A stretch of 64,000 bases of DNA from Anaerohalosphaeraceae bacterium (GCA_050309605.1 JBNRMN010000003.1:33665-97664); one strand, 5' to 3'; counted from the stretch's first letter, positions 1 to 9,554 are shown. Notes: a model not told the origin generated them from the sequence alone. Numbers and translations are program-made.

Positions 1-227
1 TCATCGGCCCGGGCAATCAGATCGGTCAACACCGGGTCCTCAAAGGCCGTCCACCACTGCTCCAGGGCCGCCACATCAACCGGCTCGGTCGGCGCCGTAC
101 CGCTCCACTGCTGCGGCAGTTCCATCTCCGGCCGCTCATAATCCGGCCCAACCGTGCAGCCGACCACGGCCAGCAGTGCCAGCCCGGCCACGCCCGGTCC
201 GCATAAAGACTTCAAAGAGTTCAACAT
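1..227 (-). CDS. Efflux outer-membrane lipoprotein, NodT/OprM family (5' part only; runs off the window)
   Basis: Manual translation from ATG at 227: MLNSLKSLCGPGVAGLALLAVVGCTVGPDYERPEMELPQQW...EQWWTAFEDPVLTDLIARAD. It has a lipobox plus the GCxVGPDYxRP and WWxxFxDPxL motifs typical of NodT/OprM. Confidence 0.85.
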   Translation of the reverse strand, partial: MLNSLKSLCGPGVAGLALLAVVGCTVGPDYERPEMELPQQWSGTAPTEPVDVAALEQWWTAFEDPVLTDLIARAD

Positions 228-289
228 TGGTTAATCCTTTTCACTATAAACACACCACAGGCTGCCTTCAAACCTCTTGTGCCCCGATT

Positions 290-898
290 TCACCCGTTGG
301 ACGGCGACAAATACACGCGAAACATCTTCAGCAATGACGCCGCCTCGCGCTGCGGGTCAAAGTCGCCCAGTTCAGGCACCATACACAGCGTCCCGATCAT
401 GGCACGCTGGAAAAAATCAGCCGCTTTTTTCGGATTGACCGCCTTAAAAAGGCCGTCCTCGGCTCCCTTTTGAATGATGCTTGACATCAGCACCTTTTCC
501 CGATTGACATGGTCGTGTTTGACAGCCATATCGATCTTGCAATAGACTTGTGCCTGATCCAAAAAACGAAAATACGCGATATTTCGTGAAAAAAACGTAA
601 ATGTCGCTTCCAAAAGAGCATACAACTTTTTGGCCGGCGTCTTGGCCGCCCCGACAGCCTCGCGCTGATGATGGCGAATCTGATCAAAGAGCCGAACCGC
701 GGTGTAAACCAGCAAGGCGTCTTTGTCCTTGAAATAGTTATACAACGTCCCTGTTCCAATGCCGGCCGCCGCCGCCACCCGCTGCACGGTTAATTTCTCA
801 AGTCCATATTTTTTAAGGACTTCAAGCACCGCCGCATACGCCGACTCCCGAATATACTGCTCTGTAAATGCCTGTCGTTTTTGGGATAATTGTCCCAT
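290..898 (-). CDS. TetR/AcrR family transcriptional regulator
   Basis: N-terminal HTH LTVQRVAAAAGIGTGTLYNYFKDKDAL; lies directly upstream of the efflux OMF gene. Confidence 0.95.
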   Translation of the reverse strand: MGQLSQKRQAFTEQYIRESAYAAVLEVLKKYGLEKLTVQRVAAAAGIGTGTLYNYFKDKDALLVYTAVRLFDQIRHHQREAVGAAKTPAKKLYALLEATFTFFSRNIAYFRFLDQAQVYCKIDMAVKHDHVNREKVLMSSIIQKGAEDGLFKAVNPKKAADFFQRAMIGTLCMVPELGDFDPQREAASLLKMFRVYLSPSNG

Positions 899-921
899 AG
901 ATTCACCTTATCTGTAATAAA

Positions 922-963
922 TGAATGGCCGTTCACCGTAATGAACAACGGTTCACAAGTCAA
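922..963 (-). promoter_or_regulatory. Sigma70-type promoter of tetR overlapped by two palindromic operator candidates
   Basis: Minus strand TTGACT(963-958)-N17-TACGGT(940-935). Palindromes TGAAT-GGCC-GTTCA (922-935) and TGAAC-AACG-GTTCA (942-955) repeat at exactly 20 bp. Confidence 0.7.
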
Positions 964-1132
964 GAAAAAAATGGTGGAATTTGAATGCTGCTTGCCTTGA
1001 GATTTTCGGTGGACAGCAAGATAAGTGTAGAAATACGGGTAATTTTGGTATTTTTCCGGCCCCAAAACCGGTATCATCAACCCGCAGACAATTTAGTATG
1101 GATGTGAAAACTTTGGGTCAGGAGACAAAGCA

Positions 1133-3574
1133 ATGGCAGGACAGCGGCTTCGGGACTATCTGAAGGCGGGTAAATTTGCAGTTACAGCCGAGCTGACCAG
1201 CGGGCCGGGCTATCAGGTTGGACCGTTTGTTCAGTTCCTGAAGGACTGGCAAACATCGGACAAACAAATGCCGCAGGGGTTCCACTTTGCCGGCATCACA
1301 TTCCCCCAAAACCCCGGCGGCGCGGCCAATCTCGATCCGGCCGACGCCCTGGCGGTGATGGCCGCTGACGGACTGCTGGACGGCCTGGACTATATCCCCC
1401 ATATCAGCTGCAAAGACAGCAATACCGATGCGCTGATCAGTACACTGGTCGGCTACCGCACGCGCGGCATCGAAAGCGTGCTGGCCCTGACCGGCGATAA
1501 ACCGCTGACGGCCAAGGGCGTCTTCGAGGTCGAATCGGTCGGCCTGCTGGCGATGATTCAGAAACTCAATCGCGACGCGCTGCTCAAGGCCAAATCCGGC
1601 CAATGGGACGCCGTGCATCGCTTTTTTGCCGGGGCGGCGGTTTCGCCGTTCAAGTACACCGAGGCCTCGCTGATGCAGCAGTACTATAAAATGGAAAAAA
1701 AAATCGCCGCCGGAGCGCAGTTTCTTATTACCCAGGTCGGCTGGGACTGGAAAAAGTCCGTCGAGCTGATGCGCTACCTGAAGGACAACGCCATCGACAC
1801 CCCGGTCATCGGGAATGTCTATTGGCTGACCACCCGCACACCGGCGCCGCGGCTGATGCACGACATCAAGCTGCCCGGCTGTTACGTCAGCGACGCCCTG
1901 CTGGCTCGACTGCAATCCGAAAGCGTTGATGAGCACATTGAACGCGCCGCCCAGCAGACCGCCATGTACAAGGCCATCGGGGCCGCAGGCGTGGACATCG
2001 GCGGTGTTCACGACGTTGAGATTTTTATGCGCATCCTCAATCGAGCCGCCGAAATCGGCGATCAGTGGGAACAATACAAAGACAACCTCTGCTGGCCCGC
2101 TGAAAAGGCGTTCTATCTGTATGACGACAACGGCAAACAGACGGCGTTATCGGCGCCGAAGAAAAAATGCAACGAACGGTTCTTTAACCTCATGCACCGG
2201 GCGATTTTGGACCCGACGTATTGCGGTTTTCGGGCGTTTCGGGCAACGCTGCGGGCGTTTCGAGCCGACCGCGACGGCAGTTTCAGCAACAAGGCCTTTA
2301 ACGGGATCGAAAAACCGATCAAGTACTGGCTGTTCGAATGCGAAGAATGCGGCGATTGCTACTTGCCCGAAAACTTCAGCTATTGTACAATCGGCGGCTG
2401 TGAAAAAGGGCTGGACAATGCCCCGTGCGGCGATGCCACGGTTGACGGCCGGTGCGGCAATAACCTTGAACGGCTGTGTATCGGCGAAAAAATTTATGAT
2501 TCCGCCGCCGCTGAACCGAACGGGCGCCAGACACTGCGCCGGCAGATTAACCGCCCGCGCAAGCCGGAACTGGAACATACCAGTTCGATTATTAATTATC
2601 TGTTTGGAAAGGATCATACGATGACAACACCGCTGCTCGGCATCGGTGAGGCCATTCACGCCTCAATTCCGAAAACAGGACAGGTGATGCGCGAGCTGGA
2701 CGCCCTCGGCCCGGACGCCTATACCGCCTCCAGCGGTCCGCTGGATTATATCCGCGCCCTGATTGAACAGCAGGCCGACGACGGAGCCGCTTATATCGCC
2801 GTCAACCTGGACGCCTTCGGCGAGACCGATCCGCAGCGGGCGGTGAAGATGATGGTGCAGTACGCCCGTCTCGTACGCCGCTGGGGCAAAGGCGTGCCGC
2901 TGTGCGCAGACAGCAGCAACGACGATGTGCTCAAGGCCGGCCTGAAGGAATGGTACAATACCGATCAGGCCGTCAAGCCGCCGCTGTTGAACTCGATCAA
3001 GGTCTATACCGCCGATGCGATGATGCCGCTGAAAAAGGAATACGACTTTGCCTTCATCGGGCTGCTGGTCAGTGAAGACAAACCCACCGGCCCCGGCGGT
3101 TCGCATTCGGTTGAGGAATTGGTCAGTCTGGCCAAAACCCTGTTCGACAAGGCGATGCAGCACGGCTTTAAGCCTCACGAGATATTCTTTGACTCGACCG
3201 TCTTCCCGATCGCCATTGATATGCCGATGGAGCCGGGCGTGCCGGGGTACACCTATCGGGCGTTTGAAACCATCAAACGCATCAAGAATGATCCGCAGAT
3301 GAAAGATTGCCACTGTTCGCTGGGCATCAGCAACTGCTGCCGCGACCTGCCGGGACGCAAGATCGGCATCTGCCGTGCCTATGTCGCCAAGGCGATGGAA
3401 TACGGACTGGACGCCGGCATCGTCAACACCGCCCACCGCTACGGCGAAAAAGACCCCGACCCGGAACTGGTCAAGCTCATCGACGCCTATGCCAAACTGG
3501 ACGGCTCACCGGAACGACTCAACGAGGCGATGACGCTGATGGGCCAATTTTGCGCCGCGACGCGAAAAGCCTGA
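1133..3574 (+). CDS. metF: Methylenetetrahydrofolate reductase (MetF) fused to a Cys-rich MTHFR_C/MetV-like domain and a pterin-binding (AcsE/MetH-like) methyltransferase domain
   Basis: MetF motifs FAVTAEL, PHISCKD, LALTGD, KKIAAGAQFLITQ; 8-Cys CEECGDC...C...C...PC...C...C; C-terminal IGEAIHAS, LCADSS, LLNSI, FFDSTVFP, LGISN, GLDAGIVN. Confidence 0.85.
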   Translation: MAGQRLRDYLKAGKFAVTAELTSGPGYQVGPFVQFLKDWQTSDKQMPQGFHFAGITFPQNPGGAANLDPADALAVMAADGLLDGLDYIPHISCKDSNTDALISTLVGYRTRGIESVLALTGDKPLTAKGVFEVESVGLLAMIQKLNRDALLKAKSGQWDAVHRFFAGAAVSPFKYTEASLMQQYYKMEKKIAAGAQFLITQVGWDWKKSVELMRYLKDNAIDTPVIGNVYWLTTRTPAPRLMHDIKLPGCYVSDALLARLQSESVDEHIERAAQQTAMYKAIGAAGVDIGGVHDVEIFMRILNRAAEIGDQWEQYKDNLCWPAEKAFYLYDDNGKQTALSAPKKKCNERFFNLMHRAILDPTYCGFRAFRATLRAFRADRDGSFSNKAFNGIEKPIKYWLFECEECGDCYLPENFSYCTIGGCEKGLDNAPCGDATVDGRCGNNLERLCIGEKIYDSAAAEPNGRQTLRRQINRPRKPELEHTSSIINYLFGKDHTMTTPLLGIGEAIHASIPKTGQVMRELDALGPDAYTASSGPLDYIRALIEQQADDGAAYIAVNLDAFGETDPQRAVKMMVQYARLVRRWGKGVPLCADSSNDDVLKAGLKEWYNTDQAVKPPLLNSIKVYTADAMMPLKKEYDFAFIGLLVSEDKPTGPGGSHSVEELVSLAKTLFDKAMQHGFKPHEIFFDSTVFPIAIDMPMEPGVPGYTYRAFETIKRIKNDPQMKDCHCSLGISNCCRDLPGRKIGICRAYVAKAMEYGLDAGIVNTAHRYGEKDPDPELVKLIDAYAKLDGSPERLNEAMTLMGQFCAATRKA

Positions 3575-3621
3575 GACCGGGGTGAAGCCAGCCTTTCGGA
3601 ACGTTGGCCTCGCATTTACTT

Positions 3622-4275
3622 TTAAGACGGTTTGGCGTGTCGCCCAATCAGCCAGTCGCACCAGGTGTCAAACCCCTGTCCGGTTTCAGCAGAGACCTGC
3701 AAAATCGATGCATCAGGATTGACAGCCTGAATATCGGCCAGCACCCGCTCCAACCGAAACGGGATATAGTCCATCAGGTCAATCTTGTTGATGAGCACCA
3801 CATCCACTCCCGCAAACGTCCCGGGATATTTGGCGGGCTTGTCGTCGCCTTCCGGCACACTCAACAGCACCACCCGCCCCGATTCGCCCAGATCAAAGGC
3901 GGACGGACACACCAAATTTCCTACATTTTCGATAAAAATAATATCTTTTGAGGCCGCATCCATCGCTTTCAGGGCCGTGGCAACCTGCTCGGCGCTGAGA
4001 TGGCAGGCCCCCTGCGTTTCGATCTGAACCGCCTCAGCACCGGTTTCCCGAATCCGTTGGGCATCGTGATCGGTACGGATGTCGCCTTCGATCACCGCCA
4101 TGTGCAATCGATCGTGCAGCCGCCGGATGGTCCGGGCCAGCAGCGTCGTCTTGCCCGAACCGGGCGAGGAAATCACATTCAGACACAAAATGCCGTTTTC
4201 AGCAAAAAAGGCTCGATTTTTTTGGGCAAATTGGTCGTTTCGACTCAAAATCTTCTGATTCAATGAAACTTTCAT
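3622..4275 (-). CDS. hypB: Hydrogenase nickel incorporation GTPase HypB
   Basis: SSPGSGKTTLL, VIEGD, GACHL, IENVGNLVCP, EGDDKPAKYP, NKID. Confidence 0.93.
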   Translation of the reverse strand: MKVSLNQKILSRNDQFAQKNRAFFAENGILCLNVISSPGSGKTTLLARTIRRLHDRLHMAVIEGDIRTDHDAQRIRETGAEAVQIETQGACHLSAEQVATALKAMDAASKDIIFIENVGNLVCPSAFDLGESGRVVLLSVPEGDDKPAKYPGTFAGVDVVLINKIDLMDYIPFRLERVLADIQAVNPDASILQVSAETGQGFDTWCDWLIGRHAKPS

Positions 4276-4304
4276 ACCGGTTCCGTCTTTGTTGTCCCTA
4301 CTTG

Positions 4305-5321
4305 CTATACGATTAACTCATTGCCGACTTTACGGGCACGCTGCGGTTTGTCAAGGTTGATGTTCAGTGCCATACCGATTTCGACCAGCAGATTCCAGCC
4401 CGCACACAGGAACACATACGGATTCAGCGCCCCGGCATCCGGCACGCGGATTGTCTCAAAACGGGTATCGCGAGCGGCAATGGCCACGACCTTCAGCCCG
4501 ACGCCCTTGACGAGTACGTCCTCAAATTTTTCTTCCTCATCGGCAATCGGATCGACCACAAATACCACATCCTGCGGGTCCATCACCTCTTCGATGCCGT
4601 GAACGGCGTAGGTTCCTTCGAGAAAGTCGCTCTTTTTGCGGGTAATCTCGTTGGTCTTGAGCGTCAATTCCTCGGCCACCCCGTCATTGTAGCCGGCAAA
4701 ATAGATCGTCGGCGCTGCGGCGGCAGCCTTGACGATCGCGGCCTCAATCGGCAGCGTCAGGGCGGTTTCGATCTTGTCCGCCAGCGCCGCACAGGCCAAG
4801 GCGTCAATCGACCCGTCGATGTGCCTTACGATGGACTCGTAAAAGAGCGCCTGTTCGACGACGCTTTTCGTCGCTGCGACCGCCTGCTCCCAGCCGCATG
4901 TCAGGACAAATGTTTGCGTGCAGGCCTCCTCCAGCAGCGTGCCGGCATTGGCCGTCAGTCCAAATCGATTGGCGTTGCCCGACTCGGCCAGTTTTTTCGC
5001 CAGCAGCACCACTTCCTTCGTCCGACCCGAATTGGACGCGCAGAACACCGCAAACTTCGACAGATCGTATTGAAACGCCTGCCGCGAACCTTCGGTGTGC
5101 AGACTCACATCCAGCCCCCGCGTCAGCGCTTTGCGAATCGCGTTCTTGGCCGGGAAAATGCGGCTGGACCCCTCGCCGGTCATCAGCAGCCGACCGACCG
5201 AAGCGACCCGAGCGGCCGCGTCCTTGGCCTGTTCGCGGTCAAATTCCCTGACAATGCCGACCGTCTCCATCATCTCCTGTACCAACGCATACTGTGCGTA
5301 TCTTTGATCCTGTGTGTTCAT
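4305..5321 (-). CDS. SIS-domain sugar-phosphate isomerase (resembles the GlmS isomerase domain; no glutaminase domain)
   Basis: TGEGSS, ASNSGRTKE, EQAVAATKS, ELTLKTNE, HGIEEV, PQRARKVG. Start taken at MNTQ (5321); uncertain. Confidence 0.8.
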   Translation of the reverse strand: MNTQDQRYAQYALVQEMMETVGIVREFDREQAKDAAARVASVGRLLMTGEGSSRIFPAKNAIRKALTRGLDVSLHTEGSRQAFQYDLSKFAVFCASNSGRTKEVVLLAKKLAESGNANRFGLTANAGTLLEEACTQTFVLTCGWEQAVAATKSVVEQALFYESIVRHIDGSIDALACAALADKIETALTLPIEAAIVKAAAAAPTIYFAGYNDGVAEELTLKTNEITRKKSDFLEGTYAVHGIEEVMDPQDVVFVVDPIADEEEKFEDVLVKGVGLKVVAIAARDTRFETIRVPDAGALNPYVFLCAGWNLLVEIGMALNINLDKPQRARKVGNELIV

Positions 5322-5381
5322 GTGTGCCCTCATTTCTGCAATAGTTTGAATTTGGTTAATGATTTCAGCAAATTCTCTTTC

Positions 5382-5565
5382 GCCCCGAAGGGGCAATATA
5401 AACCAGCCCAGGGCAACGCCCTATCGGGCGGCTCGCGCCGCCGCGCTGTTGTAATGTGCTCCCCTCCTTACCAAGGAGGGGATGTCCTGCGTCAGCAGGA
5501 CAGGGGTGGTTGCGTCATTCACAGCGCTACGCCCCATCGGGCGGCTCGCGCCGCCGCGCTGTTGT
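5382..5565. repeat. Composite REP-like palindromic element with a 30-bp direct repeat
   Basis: GCCCCGAAGGGGC (5382-5394), AGCCCAGGGCAACGCCCT (5405-5422), ATCGGGCGGCTCGCGCCGCCGCGCTGTTGT at 5423-5452 and 5536-5565; hairpins CCCCTCCTT-acc-AAGGAGGGG and TGTCCTGC-gtca-GCAGGACA lie between the two copies. Confidence 0.75.
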
Positions 5566-7776
5566 TTAGTTTACCTCCTTTTTGAGCAAGCGTTCAACCT
5601 GCTGCTTATACTGCTCGGTTTGCTCCTGCACGAGCCGAACAAATTCATTATCCTGGACCGTACCAATAGCAGCGGTCATCTCCTCAAGATGGCGATACGT
5701 CGCCTGCCGGAAGGGATTGTCAAAATCCTTTTTTCGCGAGTCATACACCCGACGGCAAATCAGCTCCTGTATCGCAACCGATTGCCTCAGCGCATCAAGC
5801 CATTGCGTCCGGCTGAGCATCTCGGTCTCGTACAGCCCGCACAGCACGGCAAAGGCGTGTTTCTGTTTTTCCAGCGGATAGGCCGCCCACAACTGGTCAT
5901 AGCGACGGTGAATCGCCTCCCACGAATCCAGCACGCCCGCACCGATATCGGCCCGCAGCTTATCCACATCGCCGGCCGGCACAAGCTGACCGCCCAGATT
6001 GACCCACTGGGCGACGCGCGGGCCGCGCAGCGCCTTCTGTACCGCCTCAAAATCCGCTTCGGGATTGGCCTGCATATATGCCAGCACGTTGCGCACGGCG
6101 TAATAATAGAGCATCTGCACGTAGGCTTCATCGCCTTTCTGCGGCTTGCAAATGACCGCCTTGCGAGATGATTTTTCCAGGTGTTCGCCGAGCACCTCAA
6201 GGCCGTTGACTGCCTCGGCCGGGCCGTTCAGCAACGCACGCCCCTGCCGGATCAACGCATCCTCGCTTAAGGCATCGACCGATTGTCCCGCTCGGCGGGC
6301 GGCGGCCTTGCCCGTCCACAACGCCAGCAGCCTGCGAGCGCTGAGAATCTCTTCAACCGTATCCGGCGCCAGCGGGTCGATCTCAATATGCTGGACTTTC
6401 TTCAGGCGTTTGTCGCGACTTTGAAATTTCCACGAATTGCGCGCCAGTGCATACATATTCGACCGCCACCAAAACGCCGGAATCACCTCAAGCTGATCAC
6501 AGGACACGTTGTTATTCAGCAGGCTGAACGGCAGCGGAATATCCAATTCCGCCGGATAATCGCCCTTGGCCAGCAGTACAAACGACGCGAACCGGCTGGA
6601 ATGCTTGATGCTCGTACACAGTCCCGGCCAAAAGCCGCGCCCGGCCTGAACCTCATTGTCATTGGCCCGGCTGTTGTGATTCGATCCGATGGTCGCCCCG
6701 GCGGCCATGTTGCTCTGGCCCAGCACGACCGCCGCAATCAAAAATGAATTGTTATGATGCTGTTCGTGCGCCGGAAAAATCAGATTGTTCAGCACCTCGC
6801 AGCAGGAAATCGTCGAGTTGTCGCCCAGAAAGGAATTAATCAGCCGCGCGCCGTACTTGAGATTCGAATGGTCGGCCAGCACAAACCGCACCGCCTTGCA
6901 GCCGTAAAAAATATGGCAGCCGTAGCCGATAATGCCGTTGACCAGCTCGACGCCTTCGCCGATCTGCGTGGGTTCCTGAGACGAGGAATTGAGAGTCAGA
7001 TTTTTGAGCTTGTTGGCGCCCTTGATATAGGCGTGCGAGCCGATCTTGACATCCTTGAGAATCCGCGAGTTTTTGATCACGCACTGATCGCCCACCGTTC
7101 CGTAATACCCCCGCCGGGCATCAAATTTATTCTGCGTATAGTGTTTGAACTTCTCCTGCATCGCCGTGTCATCGCGGTATTTGGCCCACAGATAGGCGTC
7201 CGCCGCAATCATTCCGTCAAACGGCATCACACGACGACCTCCGGCCTCATTCATCAGATCCAGCCAGACGCGCACCGACTCCGGCTCACCGTCTTTGAGG
7301 ATACCGTTTCCGAATTTGGCGTGGTTGGTCGTGTGCATCTCGTCGATATTGGCCAGAATACACCGGTCGCCGATGATGTAGTGCGCCAGATAACTGACAT
7401 TGTGAATCGCCGCGTCATTGCCGATGTCGCAGGCGACAATCTGACTGTTCCAGATACCCGTCGGAAGCTGCAGGTCGTGATGCTCCAGCACCGCGCTGCA
7501 CAATCGACCGATTCGAACCAGGCCGAAAAAACTGCTGTTCTTCACCTGGCCGGGGTCAAACTCGTCGGTCACCAGCAGTTCATCCCAGTTCTCAGCGTTA
7601 TTGCCGTTTTTGACAAGCTGTTCCAGCTCATCGGCGCGCAGATGACGCCACGGCGGGAGCGGCTGAGGGTTTTGCTGATTGCGAAGGGTGTACTCATCCT
7701 GCCCGGAACGCAGATACTCCGAAGGCACAAAATCCCGACCGATGCCGCCGGCAGATTTAATCAAGACATGTTCCAT
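5566..7776 (-). CDS. DUF4954 family protein (left-handed beta-helix-like core)
   Basis: 736 aa; motifs KFGNG, NEAGGR, ISCCEVLNNLIFPAHEQHHNNSFLIA, GSNHNSRANDNE; hexapeptide-like I/V-G repeats. Confidence 0.75.
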   Translation of the reverse strand: MEHVLIKSAGGIGRDFVPSEYLRSGQDEYTLRNQQNPQPLPPWRHLRADELEQLVKNGNNAENWDELLVTDEFDPGQVKNSSFFGLVRIGRLCSAVLEHHDLQLPTGIWNSQIVACDIGNDAAIHNVSYLAHYIIGDRCILANIDEMHTTNHAKFGNGILKDGEPESVRVWLDLMNEAGGRRVMPFDGMIAADAYLWAKYRDDTAMQEKFKHYTQNKFDARRGYYGTVGDQCVIKNSRILKDVKIGSHAYIKGANKLKNLTLNSSSQEPTQIGEGVELVNGIIGYGCHIFYGCKAVRFVLADHSNLKYGARLINSFLGDNSTISCCEVLNNLIFPAHEQHHNNSFLIAAVVLGQSNMAAGATIGSNHNSRANDNEVQAGRGFWPGLCTSIKHSSRFASFVLLAKGDYPAELDIPLPFSLLNNNVSCDQLEVIPAFWWRSNMYALARNSWKFQSRDKRLKKVQHIEIDPLAPDTVEEILSARRLLALWTGKAAARRAGQSVDALSEDALIRQGRALLNGPAEAVNGLEVLGEHLEKSSRKAVICKPQKGDEAYVQMLYYYAVRNVLAYMQANPEADFEAVQKALRGPRVAQWVNLGGQLVPAGDVDKLRADIGAGVLDSWEAIHRRYDQLWAAYPLEKQKHAFAVLCGLYETEMLSRTQWLDALRQSVAIQELICRRVYDSRKKDFDNPFRQATYRHLEEMTAAIGTVQDNEFVRLVQEQTEQYKQQVERLLKKEVN

Positions 7777-7894
7777 TGGCTGCTCTCGCTATACAAATTC
7801 AAAACCTGAATTCTCGAACACTATATGATTCGGCCGCCGCTTCTATGAATCGGCAAAAAAGTGTAGCGAAAACACCCGAAAATCGCAAGAAATA

Positions 7895-8980
7895 TCACTC
7901 GGCGGGAATAATTTGCATCGCTTGGAGCTGGATCGGATAGGTGATCTTCCGGCAAAACGCCTGATACTCTTGATCCATCACAGCCGGATCCTTTCCGAAA
8001 TAATGGGCAAACAAGGCACGGGAAATCTGTATATTCCAGCCGACGGTCAGGGCCATATCGCGATCGGCGGCGATACGAAGCAGTCTCTCATCCATCGGCC
8101 AGTCGCCGTGCGCCGCCCCATGCAGCATGGCATGATAAGCCCGCAGGCGCATACCATATCCTTCCTCGCGCAAAAAGCGAACCAGGGCATACACCTGCGC
8201 ATAAAACGACGCCGCCCCGTGAGGATCGCCGTTGTAGCCGCTGAGCATTTGCCCGGGATGGAGCACCAGCAGCTCATTGAGAGAAATCAGCCGTCCCTCA
8301 AGCGATTGCAGCTTGAGCGTGCCGAGCCGCATCATATTGGACGTCGGCTGAAAGACAAACCGGCCCCGCTCATAGCGGCAAGTCTCAAACAATGTGGCAA
8401 TGCCCTCATCCAGCCAGCTTGGCAGACGATAAGCAAAATACTGCTGGGTAAATTGATGCCAGCCCTCATGGCCGAGCACCGAGAAGGTCTGCCGACGACC
8501 GATATCATACGCCACACATACGCCGTCGGCGACATACGCCCCGGCCTGGATTTGAAGGTAAACATCCGCATTGTCGCCGGCGGTATCGCGAGTGAAGGCT
8601 TCCCACTGGTCGCGCGTACCGAACAAGTACACGACCAGCGGCTCGGAACTGGTCAGCGGCCGGGTCAGTTGACTTTGGTACGCCCGAAATGCCGACTCAA
8701 GAAAAGACGGCACCTGGCGCAGCATCAGCGGCTCCAGGAGAGTTGAATGAATACGGTAGTGGGCGGTTTCAATCTCCACACCCTGGCCGTAAGGATTGTC
8801 CCATGCGTGAACGTGCCGCACGGTCGGCTCGGCTCGTAAATACTCCGCAAGCCCTTCAGGGGTCGTCAACTTCGACGATGACGAATCTGAGGCGGGCGAA
8901 ATAAAAGAGGAAACAGAAGGCGATGCGCAGCCCATCCACCCCATCAGAAAACAGAGGATCAGAACAGTCAATAGAGGCAT
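7895..8980 (-). CDS. DUF1570-like putative zinc metallopeptidase, probable lipoprotein
   Basis: HEGWHQ...PSWLDEGIATLFE (HExxH + E) and FYAQVYALVRFL; hydrophobic N-terminus ending WMGC. Start uncertain (8980 or 9067). Confidence 0.65.
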   Translation of the reverse strand: MPLLTVLILCFLMGWMGCASPSVSSFISPASDSSSSKLTTPEGLAEYLRAEPTVRHVHAWDNPYGQGVEIETAHYRIHSTLLEPLMLRQVPSFLESAFRAYQSQLTRPLTSSEPLVVYLFGTRDQWEAFTRDTAGDNADVYLQIQAGAYVADGVCVAYDIGRRQTFSVLGHEGWHQFTQQYFAYRLPSWLDEGIATLFETCRYERGRFVFQPTSNMMRLGTLKLQSLEGRLISLNELLVLHPGQMLSGYNGDPHGAASFYAQVYALVRFLREEGYGMRLRAYHAMLHGAAHGDWPMDERLLRIAADRDMALTVGWNIQISRALFAHYFGKDPAVMDQEYQAFCRKITYPIQLQAMQIIPAE

Positions 8981-9554
8981 TGACGCCCCACAGAGCCGTC
9001 GCCTATAGCCTGGAAATAATAGTCCATTAGTTTTCGTCACCTGCACTCCAGATGTCGATCCATTCATTCGGTTAACCCTCCGCCTCGCTGTCGCGTTCGT
9101 GGCACCACTATCGCGTTTTATGGACGCGGCATACACATCAAGAAGTCCTATAATAGCAAACACAACCGTTTGTGTCAAGAAACTTCTTTGTTTCGGAAAA
9201 ACCCGACTTAACACATCCTGTCTTAATAAATTATTCCGGATACACAACTCCGTTTCTCATACCACGATTGTAACTTAAACTGACCGAAAACCGAATCCAT
9301 TATGATATAACTATAGTCTATAAAAGATGTTACAGTGTTCTCAAAAAAGCCGTAATGAAGGCTCGCTCTAAAGGGCGAATCCTCAATTTTGATCTATACT
9401 CTTTGATTTGTGATCTCTCAAGCTGACCATCGGTCAAATTGAGAATGATAATTCGTTGATACCCACAAGAGGCAGCATAAGTTCGCATTATTTTAGTCCT
9501 ATATTATCACTGTTCTGCTCCCCAAAAGCAACAACATCCTCGTTACCGTGATTT

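Noticed and set aside
1133..4275. Wood-Ljungdahl pathway cluster (metF/metV/acsE plus hypB)
   Set aside because: No acsA/B/C/D, fhs or folD in the window, so acetogenesis cannot be inferred.
5423..5565. Possible mini-CRISPR (30-bp palindromic direct repeat)
   Set aside because: Only two copies, the 83-nt gap is itself made of hairpins, and no cas genes are in the window.
8981..9247. N-terminal extension of the 450-aa ORF in the track
   Set aside because: It runs into AT-rich, promoter-like sequence; the signal-peptide-like segment begins near 8980.
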